DNA from: Escherichia phage iGC_PHA_EC001
Strand: one strand, 5' to 3'
Length of the DNA: 64,000 nt
Sequence record: OR437326.1
Below, piece by piece: positions 35,661 through 45,507 of the stretch. The notes beneath the pieces were generated by a model. It did no database searches. It was not told the origin of the DNA and saw only the letters and a program-made list of their open reading frames with translations. Position numbers and translations under genes: made by a program. The first letter of the stretch is position 1, and each line of letters opens with the position of its first letter.

Positions 35661-36722
35661 ATGGCGAAGCCAATATATTATCCTGACTGGGCTACACAAA
35701 CTGTAACGCTCCCAGGAACTTTAAACACAAACAAAATTAGACCTAAAGAAACCATCCGCACAATTGGTATGGATTATGGTCAAATCATGACTTGCGAAGA
35801 GATGAACTGGATTCTTAATAATATCGGTTTATGGATTCGCTATTTGGTGGATGATTTTCTTCCAACTTTACCTAATACCTACTTGCCTTTAGTGGGAACT
35901 AAGATTACAATGGCAGGTGATGCTACTGGTGAGGCCACTTGGAACGGTAACAAAGAAGTTACTTTATCTATCCAAGTTCAAGATAACAGTCATAATCACT
36001 TGTCAGCAAACATTACAGATGCTACTAGTTCAACAGTAACACCAAACGTGTTGGTAAAACGTGATGCGGGTGGTGCTATTTATGGTGGTGATGTTTATGT
36101 TAACGGTACTTCCACAACAGATCCTGCAACACTGTTCTTCAAAAACTTTGCAGGACAAACAAATGGTGAGATTTCTGCCGAATACCAAAGTGGAGGTCAG
36201 CTTTATATTTATCGTAGAAATCCTAGCACAGGTAGTGTATCAGCAGGTGTTCGTTTATATGATGCAGGTTATGTTCTAATAGACAGTCCAAGATCAAACA
36301 GTGGACAAGATACTTCTAACGGAAATGCTTTAGTTCGCTTAGATTATCTGAATTCTCGTTTGACTTCTCTTCAGAACACATTGCAGACGAATATTAACAC
36401 TGTTCAAAACAACCTGAATAGTGTTAACAGCAACCTCTCTTCCCGTATAAACAATGTAGAAAGTAATCATCAAAATCAGATTACAAATAACTACAATTAT
36501 GCTAACGGAACATTTGTAAGAGATATTCGTTATACTAGCCAAGGTGTGTATTATCCACCAGGGAACGAGGTTTCTTGGACTTATATCTGTTCTTCTGGTT
36601 ATGTTCTTTCTGGTATTATTGTACAGGAAACAGGACGTAGCTCTGCGGATAACATCGGTGGGGTTTACTTCAAACGCCTCCAGCGCAACGTTAACGGAAA
36701 CTGGTACGATATTGGAGGCTAA
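35661..36722 (+). CDS. putative tail fibre protein
   Basis: 353 aa with Asn/Ser/Thr-rich heptad-like segment (NSRLTSLQNTLQTNINTVQNNLNSVNSNLSSRINNVESN). Confidence 0.45.
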   Translation: MAKPIYYPDWATQTVTLPGTLNTNKIRPKETIRTIGMDYGQIMTCEEMNWILNNIGLWIRYLVDDFLPTLPNTYLPLVGTKITMAGDATGEATWNGNKEVTLSIQVQDNSHNHLSANITDATSSTVTPNVLVKRDAGGAIYGGDVYVNGTSTTDPATLFFKNFAGQTNGEISAEYQSGGQLYIYRRNPSTGSVSAGVRLYDAGYVLIDSPRSNSGQDTSNGNALVRLDYLNSRLTSLQNTLQTNINTVQNNLNSVNSNLSSRINNVESNHQNQITNNYNYANGTFVRDIRYTSQGVYYPPGNEVSWTYICSSGYVLSGIIVQETGRSSADNIGGVYFKRLQRNVNGNWYDIGG

Positions 36723-37268
36723 ATGATATTTACAAACTTTAAAAAATATATTCCTGAAGATCCTGAACTAAAAGAATTGGTAGAAGCAAAGAACATTCTT
36801 TTTCTTCGTTGCGATCAAGGTTACGATTGGTATGATTTACGTAGCACAGAATTCAATAACGATAAAATGAAAGTCGTTTTTGATGATCAAAATCGTATTG
36901 TGTTTTGGAATACTGATCCTACACTACTTTGCCCTGAAGATCTTTCTATAGCACAAGTAGACTTTAATATAGATACTTTTGAGGATATTAGGAATAAGGT
37001 TCTGGATTTAGAAACCTTAACTCTTAAGGATAAAGAGTATTCCCGTGAAGAGTTGATGACACAAGCTAGTGCAAAAATTCGCTCTTTACAAGAAACAGCG
37101 GTAGCACTTATAACACCTTTACAGTATGCTAAAGATTTAGAAATGGCTACTGAAGACGAATTAGCTTATCTTAAAAATCTTCAAGTTTATGTGGTTAAAC
37201 TAAATCGTGTTCCGCTTCAAAAAGATTATCCTTACACTATAGATTGGCCTACATTACCGACGGAATAA
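36723..37268 (+). CDS. putative tail fibre assembly protein
   Basis: 181 aa directly downstream of fibre gene (ATGA overlap). Confidence 0.35.
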   Translation: MIFTNFKKYIPEDPELKELVEAKNILFLRCDQGYDWYDLRSTEFNNDKMKVVFDDQNRIVFWNTDPTLLCPEDLSIAQVDFNIDTFEDIRNKVLDLETLTLKDKEYSREELMTQASAKIRSLQETAVALITPLQYAKDLEMATEDELAYLKNLQVYVVKLNRVPLQKDYPYTIDWPTLPTE

Positions 37269-37277
37269 GGGATCACT

Positions 37278-37613
37278 ATGGAATTTCAAGAAGCATGGGG
37301 ACTTGCAAAGGATGCAATAATCCCTTTAATCGGAGTCATCTGGTTCTTTTTCAAACAAAAAATGGATAAATTCGGCTCTGATCTTGAGGAAATGGAGGAG
37401 AAAAGTCGAGAGCTAGAGAAGAAGTTGGTCTTTGTTGAATCAACTTATGCAACTAAAGCCGAACTTACCCAGATGCTAAATCAAATTAACTCTACATTAA
37501 TGGCAAATAATAACACCCTTGAGCAAAAAATTGAAAAGATTATGGACCTCAAGAATGCGACTATCCAAATGATGCTAGATGACATAGTTAAACGTACACA
37601 GAATAAGGGGTAA
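37278..37613 (+). CDS. small membrane-anchored coiled-coil protein (111 aa)
   Basis: N-terminal hydrophobic helix AIIPLIGVIWFFF followed by charged helical region. Confidence 0.4.
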   Translation: MEFQEAWGLAKDAIIPLIGVIWFFFKQKMDKFGSDLEEMEEKSRELEKKLVFVESTYATKAELTQMLNQINSTLMANNNTLEQKIEKIMDLKNATIQMMLDDIVKRTQNKG

Positions 37614-37616
37614 TTA

Positions 37617-40600
37617 ATGGCAACATTCCCAACATATCCAGCAACGTCTCTCGAACAGGGCGTAGATCTGGTTATTTTCTCATCTAACCAACTCCATGAT
37701 GTTATTAATGGAAGTGCTACAGAGAGTATTGAAACAGAATCAGGGTTGATACCAACCCTGAGAAAAGCCCTTGTTGACAACTTTTTCTTTAAAAGCCCAT
37801 TAGATTGGGCGCAAGGCACAAACGAAACAGTTTTTAACCAACTTCGTTATTTCCAGAATGGAGTATTGAGCGGTTATTACTATGCTCCTAACGCTACATT
37901 GGTTAACCCAATCCCTATGCAAGGGACTCCAGTAGGAGATAACAACTGGGTATTGTGGGGACTGAAAACAGAACAATTAGCAACAGAAGTCACCCCGTGG
38001 GTATACTCTGGTGCAACTGGTTATGAAACAGTAATTAGTCCTCCTTACATCTTTGATAGTGCTATTGTTACGATCAATGGTGTTATTCAGGTTCTGGGGG
38101 AAGCTTTCCGTATAGAAGACAGTAAGATCATCTTATCTGAACCTTTGGGACACGATCCTGCAACAGGACTGCCAAACAAGCTTTTTGCTTATATTGGTAA
38201 AATCGTAGCTTCAGCAGATACAGATCCTAATCTAGAGAACCGTCTTGTTAGTTTAGAAACAAAAACGGAAGAACTAACAGAAAGCATGGATAAAGTCCCT
38301 CTGCAAACTATTGCTCGTAAGTATGGTTTGTTAGATGATGAGGTGGCTTACGCAACAGCAGGTCAATCGTTAACAGGGATTAAAGCTCTGTATGATCCGG
38401 TAGCACAGTCTTCCTACACATTACCTCCTAACATCACAGGAACTTTAACATCCTTATCTGTTTCTGGAGTAATGACTTATTCTGGAGGATCTGTAGACCT
38501 TTCTGCACTGGCTGTTGAGCGTGGACAGTTTGTTCATTTGCCTACAAGCTTTGGTAATAACGTAACTCTGACAGCTAAAAATCAGACGATTGGACGTGGT
38601 GCTGGTCGTTATCGTTGGGCTGGAAGTTTACCAAAAAGTATTTTGGCCTCTGATACATTGGAGACAAGCGGAGGATTAGGTCCAAATGCATGGGTTCTGA
38701 CTAATACAGAAGGACTGTTAACCCCTCGTGGTGGAACATACAACGATCTATTCGATGTTGTCTACTTGTCAGAATTTGCTAACAATACAACTACCTATAC
38801 CACACCAGAAGCAGCTTTCCAGGCGGCACTGTTAGCAGCAAAAGCTTCGAAAAGCAAGATTCTCGATGCTTACGGTTGCGACATGACTTTCACGACAAGC
38901 TCTTTTGATATTCAAGATATCACTTTGCGTGGTGGTGTGTTCCGTGGTCAACGCGATTATCGTGTGCAGAATGCTACAATAGAAGGCACAACTTTCCGTA
39001 ACTCTCGTGTTATGTATTGGGGTGGTGCTGTGCGCATGTTCGATTGTTTGTGGGACGGTGCTCCTCGCGCAGGTCAAGTTGGTAGCTTGGTATTCCAAGG
39101 CAACCCAATATCAGGTACTTTTGAAATTGATAACTGTACTTTTAAAAACGGGTTGTATGGCATCCTTCAACAAGGAACAGGGGAACCAGTAACACGTGGT
39201 GTCTTCCGTAACCTTACCTTCATGGACATGCAAGGTGATGCAATAGAACTGAACGTCATCAATAAACATTATGACGATGGTTGTGTGATTGAGAATATTT
39301 ACCTGTCTAATATCGATGGGACTAACGCTCCTATTCCTCTGTCCAACTGGGGTATCGGTATCGGTATAGCTGGTAAAGGACCATATGGTTACGGAATCCC
39401 TGATGATCAATATTGCAAGAATATTACAATTCGTAACGTTTTTGCAAAACGTTGTCGTCAGATTGTCCACGTAGAAGTTGGTCGTAATATCTCTATCGAA
39501 AACATTCATGGCGATCCAGACCAGACCGTATCTGTTGGGACAGGTTTGGCAACTGGCGCAGTTGTAATGTATGGAAGTAAAGATTTTACGATTGACGGTG
39601 TTTACGGAGAGCCTAAAACAGACGGTAGCACACTTGCAAGTAATATCCGTATGATTTATTTGGAGTGGGGAACTAACGCAGTTCTGGACGAAGAGGGTAA
39701 TCCGGTAGTTCCGGCACAGGGTAGACCTTCAAACCCATGCTTTAACTATTCTGTTCGTAACATTCACACCAAAACTGGGCGTGTTTTTGCGGGAGTTTCC
39801 GCTGGGCCAGGTTATGAAAACAGAGTTAGCTTTGAAAATATTCGTTGCGCTGCATTGCAGTTGTTCGGTATAGCTTCTTGGCTTTCAATGTCTAACATCA
39901 CCTGTAATATCTTCGACTGTGTTGGTCAACCTGAATCTGGTCCAGGGACATTTTATGATGGATTCTTCCGTAGAGAAAAATCTGTTCTTGAAATGGTTAA
40001 CGTAAACTGTTACCCAGATGGCAAGACGATGGTTACTGGTCGTCCACAGTGGAGCCGTTGCCGTTACTCGGATATTCATCGTGTCAACTGTAATGTTGAA
40101 GCTAATATGTATACCAATATCGCAGGTGGTATTGGAGCTATTGTAGGGACAACGGGCAAAGTTTATTACTTAGAGCCTAATCCTAGTCGAAACATTGATG
40201 GAATGCATTTCCCAACAGGGAAAGAGTTTGACAAAGGTGATATGATAGTCAAGGCGGATAATACGTTCTTCCTTGTAACAACAAGTGGGGCATATATTCC
40301 AGATATCCCAGCTTTCGGTATTCGAGCTACACAGGCAGGAGATACCTTCCTGACACAGAACTTGACTCCTAACGGGACAGCAACAAATGCTTCTTGGTTG
40401 TATCATTACCCTCTGTCAGCAGGGACACGTATCCGTATTCCTGGTGCTGGCGTAGGTGGAGCAGATTTGGACACAGTTATTACTCGTGCACCTTATCAAG
40501 ATAATGATACGTGGACTAACCCAGTTAAAATAGACATTGCAGATCCAATTGTAACGCCTACAAGTGCTGGAGTTAGAATTAAAACCATACCTAATGATTC

Positions 40601-40670
40601 CAGTAATGTTTCTGTAGGTAATACTGCGGTTATTCGCCCAACGCCAGTAGTAGATGTGCCAACAACCTAA
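37617..40670 (+). CDS. large tailspike / receptor-binding protein with probable beta-helix (1017 aa)
   Basis: Repetitive beta-strand-rich central region (N/G/T/V-rich); contains the module shared with ORF 32988; terminator follows. Confidence 0.5.
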   Translation: MATFPTYPATSLEQGVDLVIFSSNQLHDVINGSATESIETESGLIPTLRKALVDNFFFKSPLDWAQGTNETVFNQLRYFQNGVLSGYYYAPNATLVNPIPMQGTPVGDNNWVLWGLKTEQLATEVTPWVYSGATGYETVISPPYIFDSAIVTINGVIQVLGEAFRIEDSKIILSEPLGHDPATGLPNKLFAYIGKIVASADTDPNLENRLVSLETKTEELTESMDKVPLQTIARKYGLLDDEVAYATAGQSLTGIKALYDPVAQSSYTLPPNITGTLTSLSVSGVMTYSGGSVDLSALAVERGQFVHLPTSFGNNVTLTAKNQTIGRGAGRYRWAGSLPKSILASDTLETSGGLGPNAWVLTNTEGLLTPRGGTYNDLFDVVYLSEFANNTTTYTTPEAAFQAALLAAKASKSKILDAYGCDMTFTTSSFDIQDITLRGGVFRGQRDYRVQNATIEGTTFRNSRVMYWGGAVRMFDCLWDGAPRAGQVGSLVFQGNPISGTFEIDNCTFKNGLYGILQQGTGEPVTRGVFRNLTFMDMQGDAIELNVINKHYDDGCVIENIYLSNIDGTNAPIPLSNWGIGIGIAGKGPYGYGIPDDQYCKNITIRNVFAKRCRQIVHVEVGRNISIENIHGDPDQTVSVGTGLATGAVVMYGSKDFTIDGVYGEPKTDGSTLASNIRMIYLEWGTNAVLDEEGNPVVPAQGRPSNPCFNYSVRNIHTKTGRVFAGVSAGPGYENRVSFENIRCAALQLFGIASWLSMSNITCNIFDCVGQPESGPGTFYDGFFRREKSVLEMVNVNCYPDGKTMVTGRPQWSRCRYSDIHRVNCNVEANMYTNIAGGIGAIVGTTGKVYYLEPNPSRNIDGMHFPTGKEFDKGDMIVKADNTFFLVTTSGAYIPDIPAFGIRATQAGDTFLTQNLTPNGTATNASWLYHYPLSAGTRIRIPGAGVGGADLDTVITRAPYQDNDTWTNPVKIDIADPIVTPTSAGVRIKTIPNDSSNVSVGNTAVIRPTPVVDVPTT

Positions 40671-40677
40671 TGGAATA

Positions 40678-40700
40678 GAGGGGGAATCCCCCTCTTCTTC
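40678..40700 (+). terminator. hairpin terminator after tailspike gene
   Basis: GAGGGGG-AAT-CCCCCTC followed by TTCTTCC. Confidence 0.5.
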
Positions 40701-40731
40701 CAATAGAATGGTCTAACGATAGGAGAGATAA

Positions 40732-42738
40732 ATGAATTTAACAAGACCTAATAGTGCGATAGCCGATCTGGTAGAAGCTACTTATCGAAAACGTCGCAGC
40801 TTTGAGGCAGGTTTTACATTACGTAATTCCCGTGAAGTGTTGCTGTTAGCAGCAGAAGGGAATTATTACCAATGGAAAGGAACTTTTCCTAAAGTAGTTC
40901 CAGCAAACTCTACGCCAGCCGCCACAGGTGGTATTTCTTCCCTTGCATGGCAAAGTGTTGGGACCGCTGATGATATAGCAATTATCAATGCCAAGTTTAC
41001 GGCAATGCAGCAACAAATTGATGATCTGTCGGAAACAATACCTGAAGCTGGTAAATCGGCTTATCAGATCGCACTTGATAATGGTTTTGTTGGAACAGAA
41101 GCACAATGGCTTGCCTCTTTGAAAGGGGATACTGGTGCTCAACTTAATATTAAAGGATCATTAGCAAGCACTAGTGAACTACCATCCACAGGTAACGTTG
41201 CAGGGGACGGTTATATCGTAGGCGATGTAATCTACGCTTGGGATGGTTCTGTTTGGAAACTTATTTCTTCTCTTGGGCCAGAAGGTAAATCAGCTTACGA
41301 GGTATGGTTGGCAGATGGTAATACAGGATCTGTTTATGATTTTCTTACCTCTATAAAAGGTGATAAAGGTGATGTTGGTCCTACAGGGCCACAGGGAGCA
41401 CCTGGTGTTAACGCCAACGGTTTTGATTATCGTGGGGATTTGCCTTCTACAAGTAACTTACCACAACCTAACTCGGAAAACGTAAGCCAAGCTTATTCTA
41501 TCAATGGTAATCTTTATGTCTCTAACGGGACAGCTTGGGTCAACATGGGTAATATTGTTGGTCCTCAAGGTCCACAAGGTGAGGCAGGTAAAGACGGTCT
41601 TGATGGAACAGATGGAGATGAAGGGAAATCTGCATATCAAAGTTGGCTGGATGCTGGTAATGAAGGGACAGAAGTAGATTTTATTGCCTCACTTAAAGGT
41701 CCAAAAGGAGACAAGGGTGATCAAGGAGAGCGAGGTCCACAAGGTGAACTAGGTCCACAAGGACCAGTGGGTGCAACAGGATCAGGCTTAGAGATTATCG
41801 GGGTTCTGAACAGTGAAGCTGAACTTCCTCCTACTGGAGAAGTAGGCGATGCATATAAAATTAATAATGATTTGTATGTTTGGGTTCAAGATGCTACGGA
41901 ATGGATGAATGTTGGCAGTCTTGGAGGAATATCAATTACAGCTAAAGGTCATGTTCCGAACAGTGAAGCTCTCCCTGTTTACAATAACTATGGTGATGCT
42001 TACTTAACTGAAGACACTAGTAATCTTTACATCTATACTTACGATCAAGACACCAATTCCGCATCTTTTGTTGACATGGGAAGTATTAAAGGTGACAAAG
42101 GTGAGAAGGGTGATCCTGGAACAAACGGAACCAACGGTACTGATGGGACCAACGGTAAGGACGGCGCACAGTGGTTTGTAGCAACAACTAATCCAGTCGC
42201 AGGAGACGGTGTTATCAATGATTACGCCTTCAATACTAACACTGGAGCAGTGTTTAAGAAAACAGATTCTTCTACGTGGACACTTATAGGAACTCTTCCT
42301 AGTATACCAGAAGCCCCTCAAGATGGCTTGACGTATGGTCGTTCTGATGGAAACTGGATCGAAATATCAGGATCAGACCCTACAGAAGCTATAACACCGA
42401 CTAGAGTTACAGCAGGTTTCATGGAACTTGAAACAACTACTGCCAACTCTGGAGCATCTTGGACTCCTTCTGGAACTTCCAATATGTATGTTGTTACAGT
42501 AACTGACGCTCTGACAGTTGGAGCATGGCCTGGTGTCACTGGCTCTACAAAACCTAAAGCGTTTTCAGCAATGATTTATTTGATTCAAGATACAACGGGA
42601 CACACGGTTACACTAGATGCGTCTTATGGAGCACTAAATGATACAGAAATAGCAACTACTGCTAACGCAGTAACAATTTTGCAATTAACGTATCCTGGTG
42701 TGGGTGATATCGTGGACATGGTTGTTGTAACACGATAG
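40732..42738 (+). CDS. tail fibre protein with phage-fibre repeats and collagen-like Gly-X-Y tracts
   Basis: Three copies of GKSAY..L..G..G....F..S.KG repeat, each followed by Gly-X-Y runs (KGDKGDVGPTGPQGAPG; GPQGPQGEAGKDG; KGPKGDKGDQGERGPQGELGPQGPVG; KGDKGEKGDPGTNGTNGTDGTNGKDG). Confidence 0.6.
   Translation: MNLTRPNSAIADLVEATYRKRRSFEAGFTLRNSREVLLLAAEGNYYQWKGTFPKVVPANSTPAATGGISSLAWQSVGTADDIAIINAKFTAMQQQIDDLSETIPEAGKSAYQIALDNGFVGTEAQWLASLKGDTGAQLNIKGSLASTSELPSTGNVAGDGYIVGDVIYAWDGSVWKLISSLGPEGKSAYEVWLADGNTGSVYDFLTSIKGDKGDVGPTGPQGAPGVNANGFDYRGDLPSTSNLPQPNSENVSQAYSINGNLYVSNGTAWVNMGNIVGPQGPQGEAGKDGLDGTDGDEGKSAYQSWLDAGNEGTEVDFIASLKGPKGDKGDQGERGPQGELGPQGPVGATGSGLEIIGVLNSEAELPPTGEVGDAYKINNDLYVWVQDATEWMNVGSLGGISITAKGHVPNSEALPVYNNYGDAYLTEDTSNLYIYTYDQDTNSASFVDMGSIKGDKGEKGDPGTNGTNGTDGTNGKDGAQWFVATTNPVAGDGVINDYAFNTNTGAVFKKTDSSTWTLIGTLPSIPEAPQDGLTYGRSDGNWIEISGSDPTEAITPTRVTAGFMELETTTANSGASWTPSGTSNMYVVTVTDALTVGAWPGVTGSTKPKAFSAMIYLIQDTTGHTVTLDASYGALNDTEIATTANAVTILQLTYPGVGDIVDMVVVTR
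41355..42165 (+). repeat. collagen-like Gly-X-Y coding repeats within fibre gene
   Basis: Four separate Gly-X-Y tracts seen directly in translation. Confidence 0.6.
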
Positions 42739-42741
42739 CAG

Positions 42742-42766
42742 AAGCCCCGAAAGGGGCTTTCTTTTT
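42742..42766 (+). terminator. intrinsic terminator after fibre gene
   Basis: AAGCCCC-GAAA-GGGGCTT followed by TCTTTTTAT. Confidence 0.65.
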
Positions 42767-42779
42767 ATGGAGGGTTTAA

Positions 42780-43814
42780 ATGTTTCCAATTCCAATATTT
42801 ACTATTATGACCAGCACTGGTGTCGTTCCTCTGCCAGCAGGTATTGTTAAAAAAGTAATCACTTTAGATTACCCAGATAATGCTGGTAATTCTAACAGCA
42901 GTTTAGCAATTTTGCTTAATGATGGTAGATTGTTCACTCAAGGCGCAAACCTTTTTGGTGAGATTGCAGATGGAACTCGTAGTGCACGATTCAATAATTT
43001 CCACTTGGCTTCTACTGTAGCAGCGGATGTGTTTACCGCAGATCGTTGTTTTGTTATTAAAACTAACAGTGGGGGATGGCAATATTCAGGATTGACAGCA
43101 GGGTTGGTAGGATCTATAGCAGCAGGTGGTACGGACGCATGTGTAACTACTTGGACCAGCTTTCCATCTGTAATAACAGGGACTATCTCTTTAGCCAATC
43201 TTAAAGAGGTTAAGGGAGGATATAACAACACTCTCTGGTTAATGAATAGTGGTGTTCTTTACGGATCTGGTCAAAACACAGTAGGCAGTTTAGGTGCAAG
43301 TAATACTAACGAAGTTTCTACTCCTCGTCAGATAACAAGTGCAGCAGTTGCTTTTGATGCAGGTTACAACCAATGCTCTTATGTCAACAATGTGGGAACC
43401 TTGCGTGTTTGTGGAGCTAGTAAAGGCTTAGCAGGTAATAATAACACAACAACAGCTTTTGTCAATGCCAAGATATCCGCTACTGAAACAGTGTATGTCA
43501 AAGATTACATCAATACGGTTTCCCAGACAATAGTTGTAGGAGATACCTCCGGTGGCACGGGTACAGTAAACTACTTATATGTTAGATCTAATACAGAAAC
43601 AACCTACACTAAACTGGATACCTTTGCAGCAGGTTTCTCAACATGGAAGTTTCCACCAAGCCGCCACTCTTTTTTCGTTGGGATCAATAATTCCTTGTGG
43701 GCTATTGGTAAGAACTACACTGCAAACTTAGGTTTGGGGTATGATTCTGCGAGCGGAGATCCACTCCAAGTGGAAAACCAGTTAAACCTGAAGGAGTGGG
43801 TTCCTGGGATATAA
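42780..43814 (+). CDS. RCC1-repeat-like beta-propeller protein (putative receptor-binding protein)
   Basis: Several repeats resembling RCC1 blades (LLNDGRLFTQGANLFGEIADGT; LWLMNSGVLYGSGQNTVGSLGASNT; NNVGTLRVCGASKGLAGNNNTT). Confidence 0.4.
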   Translation: MFPIPIFTIMTSTGVVPLPAGIVKKVITLDYPDNAGNSNSSLAILLNDGRLFTQGANLFGEIADGTRSARFNNFHLASTVAADVFTADRCFVIKTNSGGWQYSGLTAGLVGSIAAGGTDACVTTWTSFPSVITGTISLANLKEVKGGYNNTLWLMNSGVLYGSGQNTVGSLGASNTNEVSTPRQITSAAVAFDAGYNQCSYVNNVGTLRVCGASKGLAGNNNTTTAFVNAKISATETVYVKDYINTVSQTIVVGDTSGGTGTVNYLYVRSNTETTYTKLDTFAAGFSTWKFPPSRHSFFVGINNSLWAIGKNYTANLGLGYDSASGDPLQVENQLNLKEWVPGI

Positions 43815-45451
43815 ACAAGCTCACAAGCGTTCATACGCTGAATATGGATGTTACTAACCAATTAGGTTATCAAGGAACCTTTTTCGTTTATAATGGAGAT
43901 ATGTATTATTCCGGTATTTGGAAAGATGGGAAAGCCTCGTATCTGTTCAATAGTGGTCTAAACTATAATAAATTCACACCAATAGCAAGCTCCGTGATTA
44001 CGGGTGATATTCTGGCAACTGGTTTAACTACAGATTCTTTAGGAATTTGTATTGTAGGTGGAACTAAACAGTTGACACATTCTGTTAGCCCAGAAGGAGG
44101 TAAACTTTTCAATATTAAATACACTTCTTCTGCCCCTGCAAACATGACAATATCATCTACTGGTTTAATGACTTTCCATGCAGAAGGTGGTTTTGATGCA
44201 GGTATGACAGCCTTAAACGCTGAAGGAACAACTTTATCAGATACCTCTGGAGGATATGCTTCAACATTGAGTGTTTACACCCCTAGCTTATCTGCGATGG
44301 ATGTAGGAACAACACAAACAATGGTAGCAGAAATAACGCCAACAGGAGCAGCAAGCTTACCTGGTATGGTTGTTGAGTATACAACTACAGATCCTAATGT
44401 TGCTACAGTAGATCCTACAACTGGTGTAATAACTGGTGTTGGTGATGGTGGTTGTAGAATTGGTTGCACAGCTACGTATCAAGGTGTTGTTACCGCTTCT
44501 GATAGTTCTTATTTAACGGTGAACGCTGTTGCGGGAAAGGAGTTAGCTCCATCTCCGAGTAGTAGTTTAACGGTTCTAAACGGATATTTCAACCACTCGG
44601 CAGATGGGGCAATCACGTTCCCAATTTTATCGGGTACTGTCACACCAGCTAACTTTGTAGTTAAGGTGGATGACGTTGTAATACCTTCAAATAAAGTAAT
44701 ATTTAGAAATAAAGCTTTCTCTACAGTGGATAGTTATCCAGCAGGAGAATATAGACTGGCTATTGAATTTGCAAGTGCTTCGGTAGTGAATAGTGTTGAT
44801 GTGTCTATGGAAGCAAATCCAGATCTTTTAGAATTATGGGGCGGCAACAGAATTGGTTATTCTACAAGCCCAGCCTCACAATTCTTAAAAGGTTGTGCTA
44901 ACTTAAGACGAATAACTTCTGATTGTTTTAGTAACACATCTTACACCGGAACATCTATAAGTGGTATCTTCTCTGGCTGTACAAGTTTGACAGCTATCCC
45001 TGAAGGATTATTCAGTGATGCTTTATTTCCTTCAATGACAACAATGTCAAGCACGTTTGAAGGTTGTACATCTTTAACATCTATTCCTTCAGATTTATTT
45101 AAGAATCTATCAAAAGTTACAAGATATTCTTACACCTTTAAAGATTGCACCTCTCTTGCAGAAGTTCCAGCAGGAATGTTTGATAATATTCCAACGAAAG
45201 TGACCTCCTTAACAGCTACATTCCAAGGTTGTTTAGCACTTACAGATTTTAATAAAATCTTTAATGACAATCCAGGGTTAACTGTTTGTGGTAAACGTGG
45301 AGCATTATCTTCTTTCTTTAGTGGATGCACAAATCTTACAGGAACAGGAACAACATTAACAAATACATTAGGCGGAGTAGCTAATAGTTACCTATTCAGG
45401 TATTGCACAAAACTTTCTGATTATAATAATATTCCTTCGGGTTATAAATAA
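43796..45451 (+). CDS. Ig-like (Big_2-type) plus BspA-type leucine-rich-repeat protein; start uncertain
   Basis: Segment TTDPNVATVDPTTGVITGVGDGG is Big_2-like; C-terminal repeats of F.GCTSLT.IP..LF type; track start is a GTG embedded in AAGGAG, so the true start may be downstream or the gene may be frameshift-coupled to 42780. Confidence 0.4.
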   Translation: MGSWDINKLTSVHTLNMDVTNQLGYQGTFFVYNGDMYYSGIWKDGKASYLFNSGLNYNKFTPIASSVITGDILATGLTTDSLGICIVGGTKQLTHSVSPEGGKLFNIKYTSSAPANMTISSTGLMTFHAEGGFDAGMTALNAEGTTLSDTSGGYASTLSVYTPSLSAMDVGTTQTMVAEITPTGAASLPGMVVEYTTTDPNVATVDPTTGVITGVGDGGCRIGCTATYQGVVTASDSSYLTVNAVAGKELAPSPSSSLTVLNGYFNHSADGAITFPILSGTVTPANFVVKVDDVVIPSNKVIFRNKAFSTVDSYPAGEYRLAIEFASASVVNSVDVSMEANPDLLELWGGNRIGYSTSPASQFLKGCANLRRITSDCFSNTSYTGTSISGIFSGCTSLTAIPEGLFSDALFPSMTTMSSTFEGCTSLTSIPSDLFKNLSKVTRYSYTFKDCTSLAEVPAGMFDNIPTKVTSLTATFQGCLALTDFNKIFNDNPGLTVCGKRGALSSFFSGCTNLTGTGTTLTNTLGGVANSYLFRYCTKLSDYNNIPSGYK

Positions 45452-45485
45452 GAAAAGGAGCCATTTGGCTCCTTTCTTTTATAAA
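45451..45485. terminator. bidirectional intrinsic terminator between convergent modules
   Basis: AAAGGAGCC-ATTT-GGCTCCTTT flanked by A-run upstream and T-run downstream. Confidence 0.7.
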
Positions 45486-45507
45486 AACTCTTTATAAATC
45501 AATAAGA

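Noticed and set aside
41355-42165. Short direct nucleotide repeats considered as a possible CRISPR-like array
   Set aside because: They are in-frame Gly-X-Y coding repeats inside a fibre gene, without spacer/repeat periodicity or a leader.
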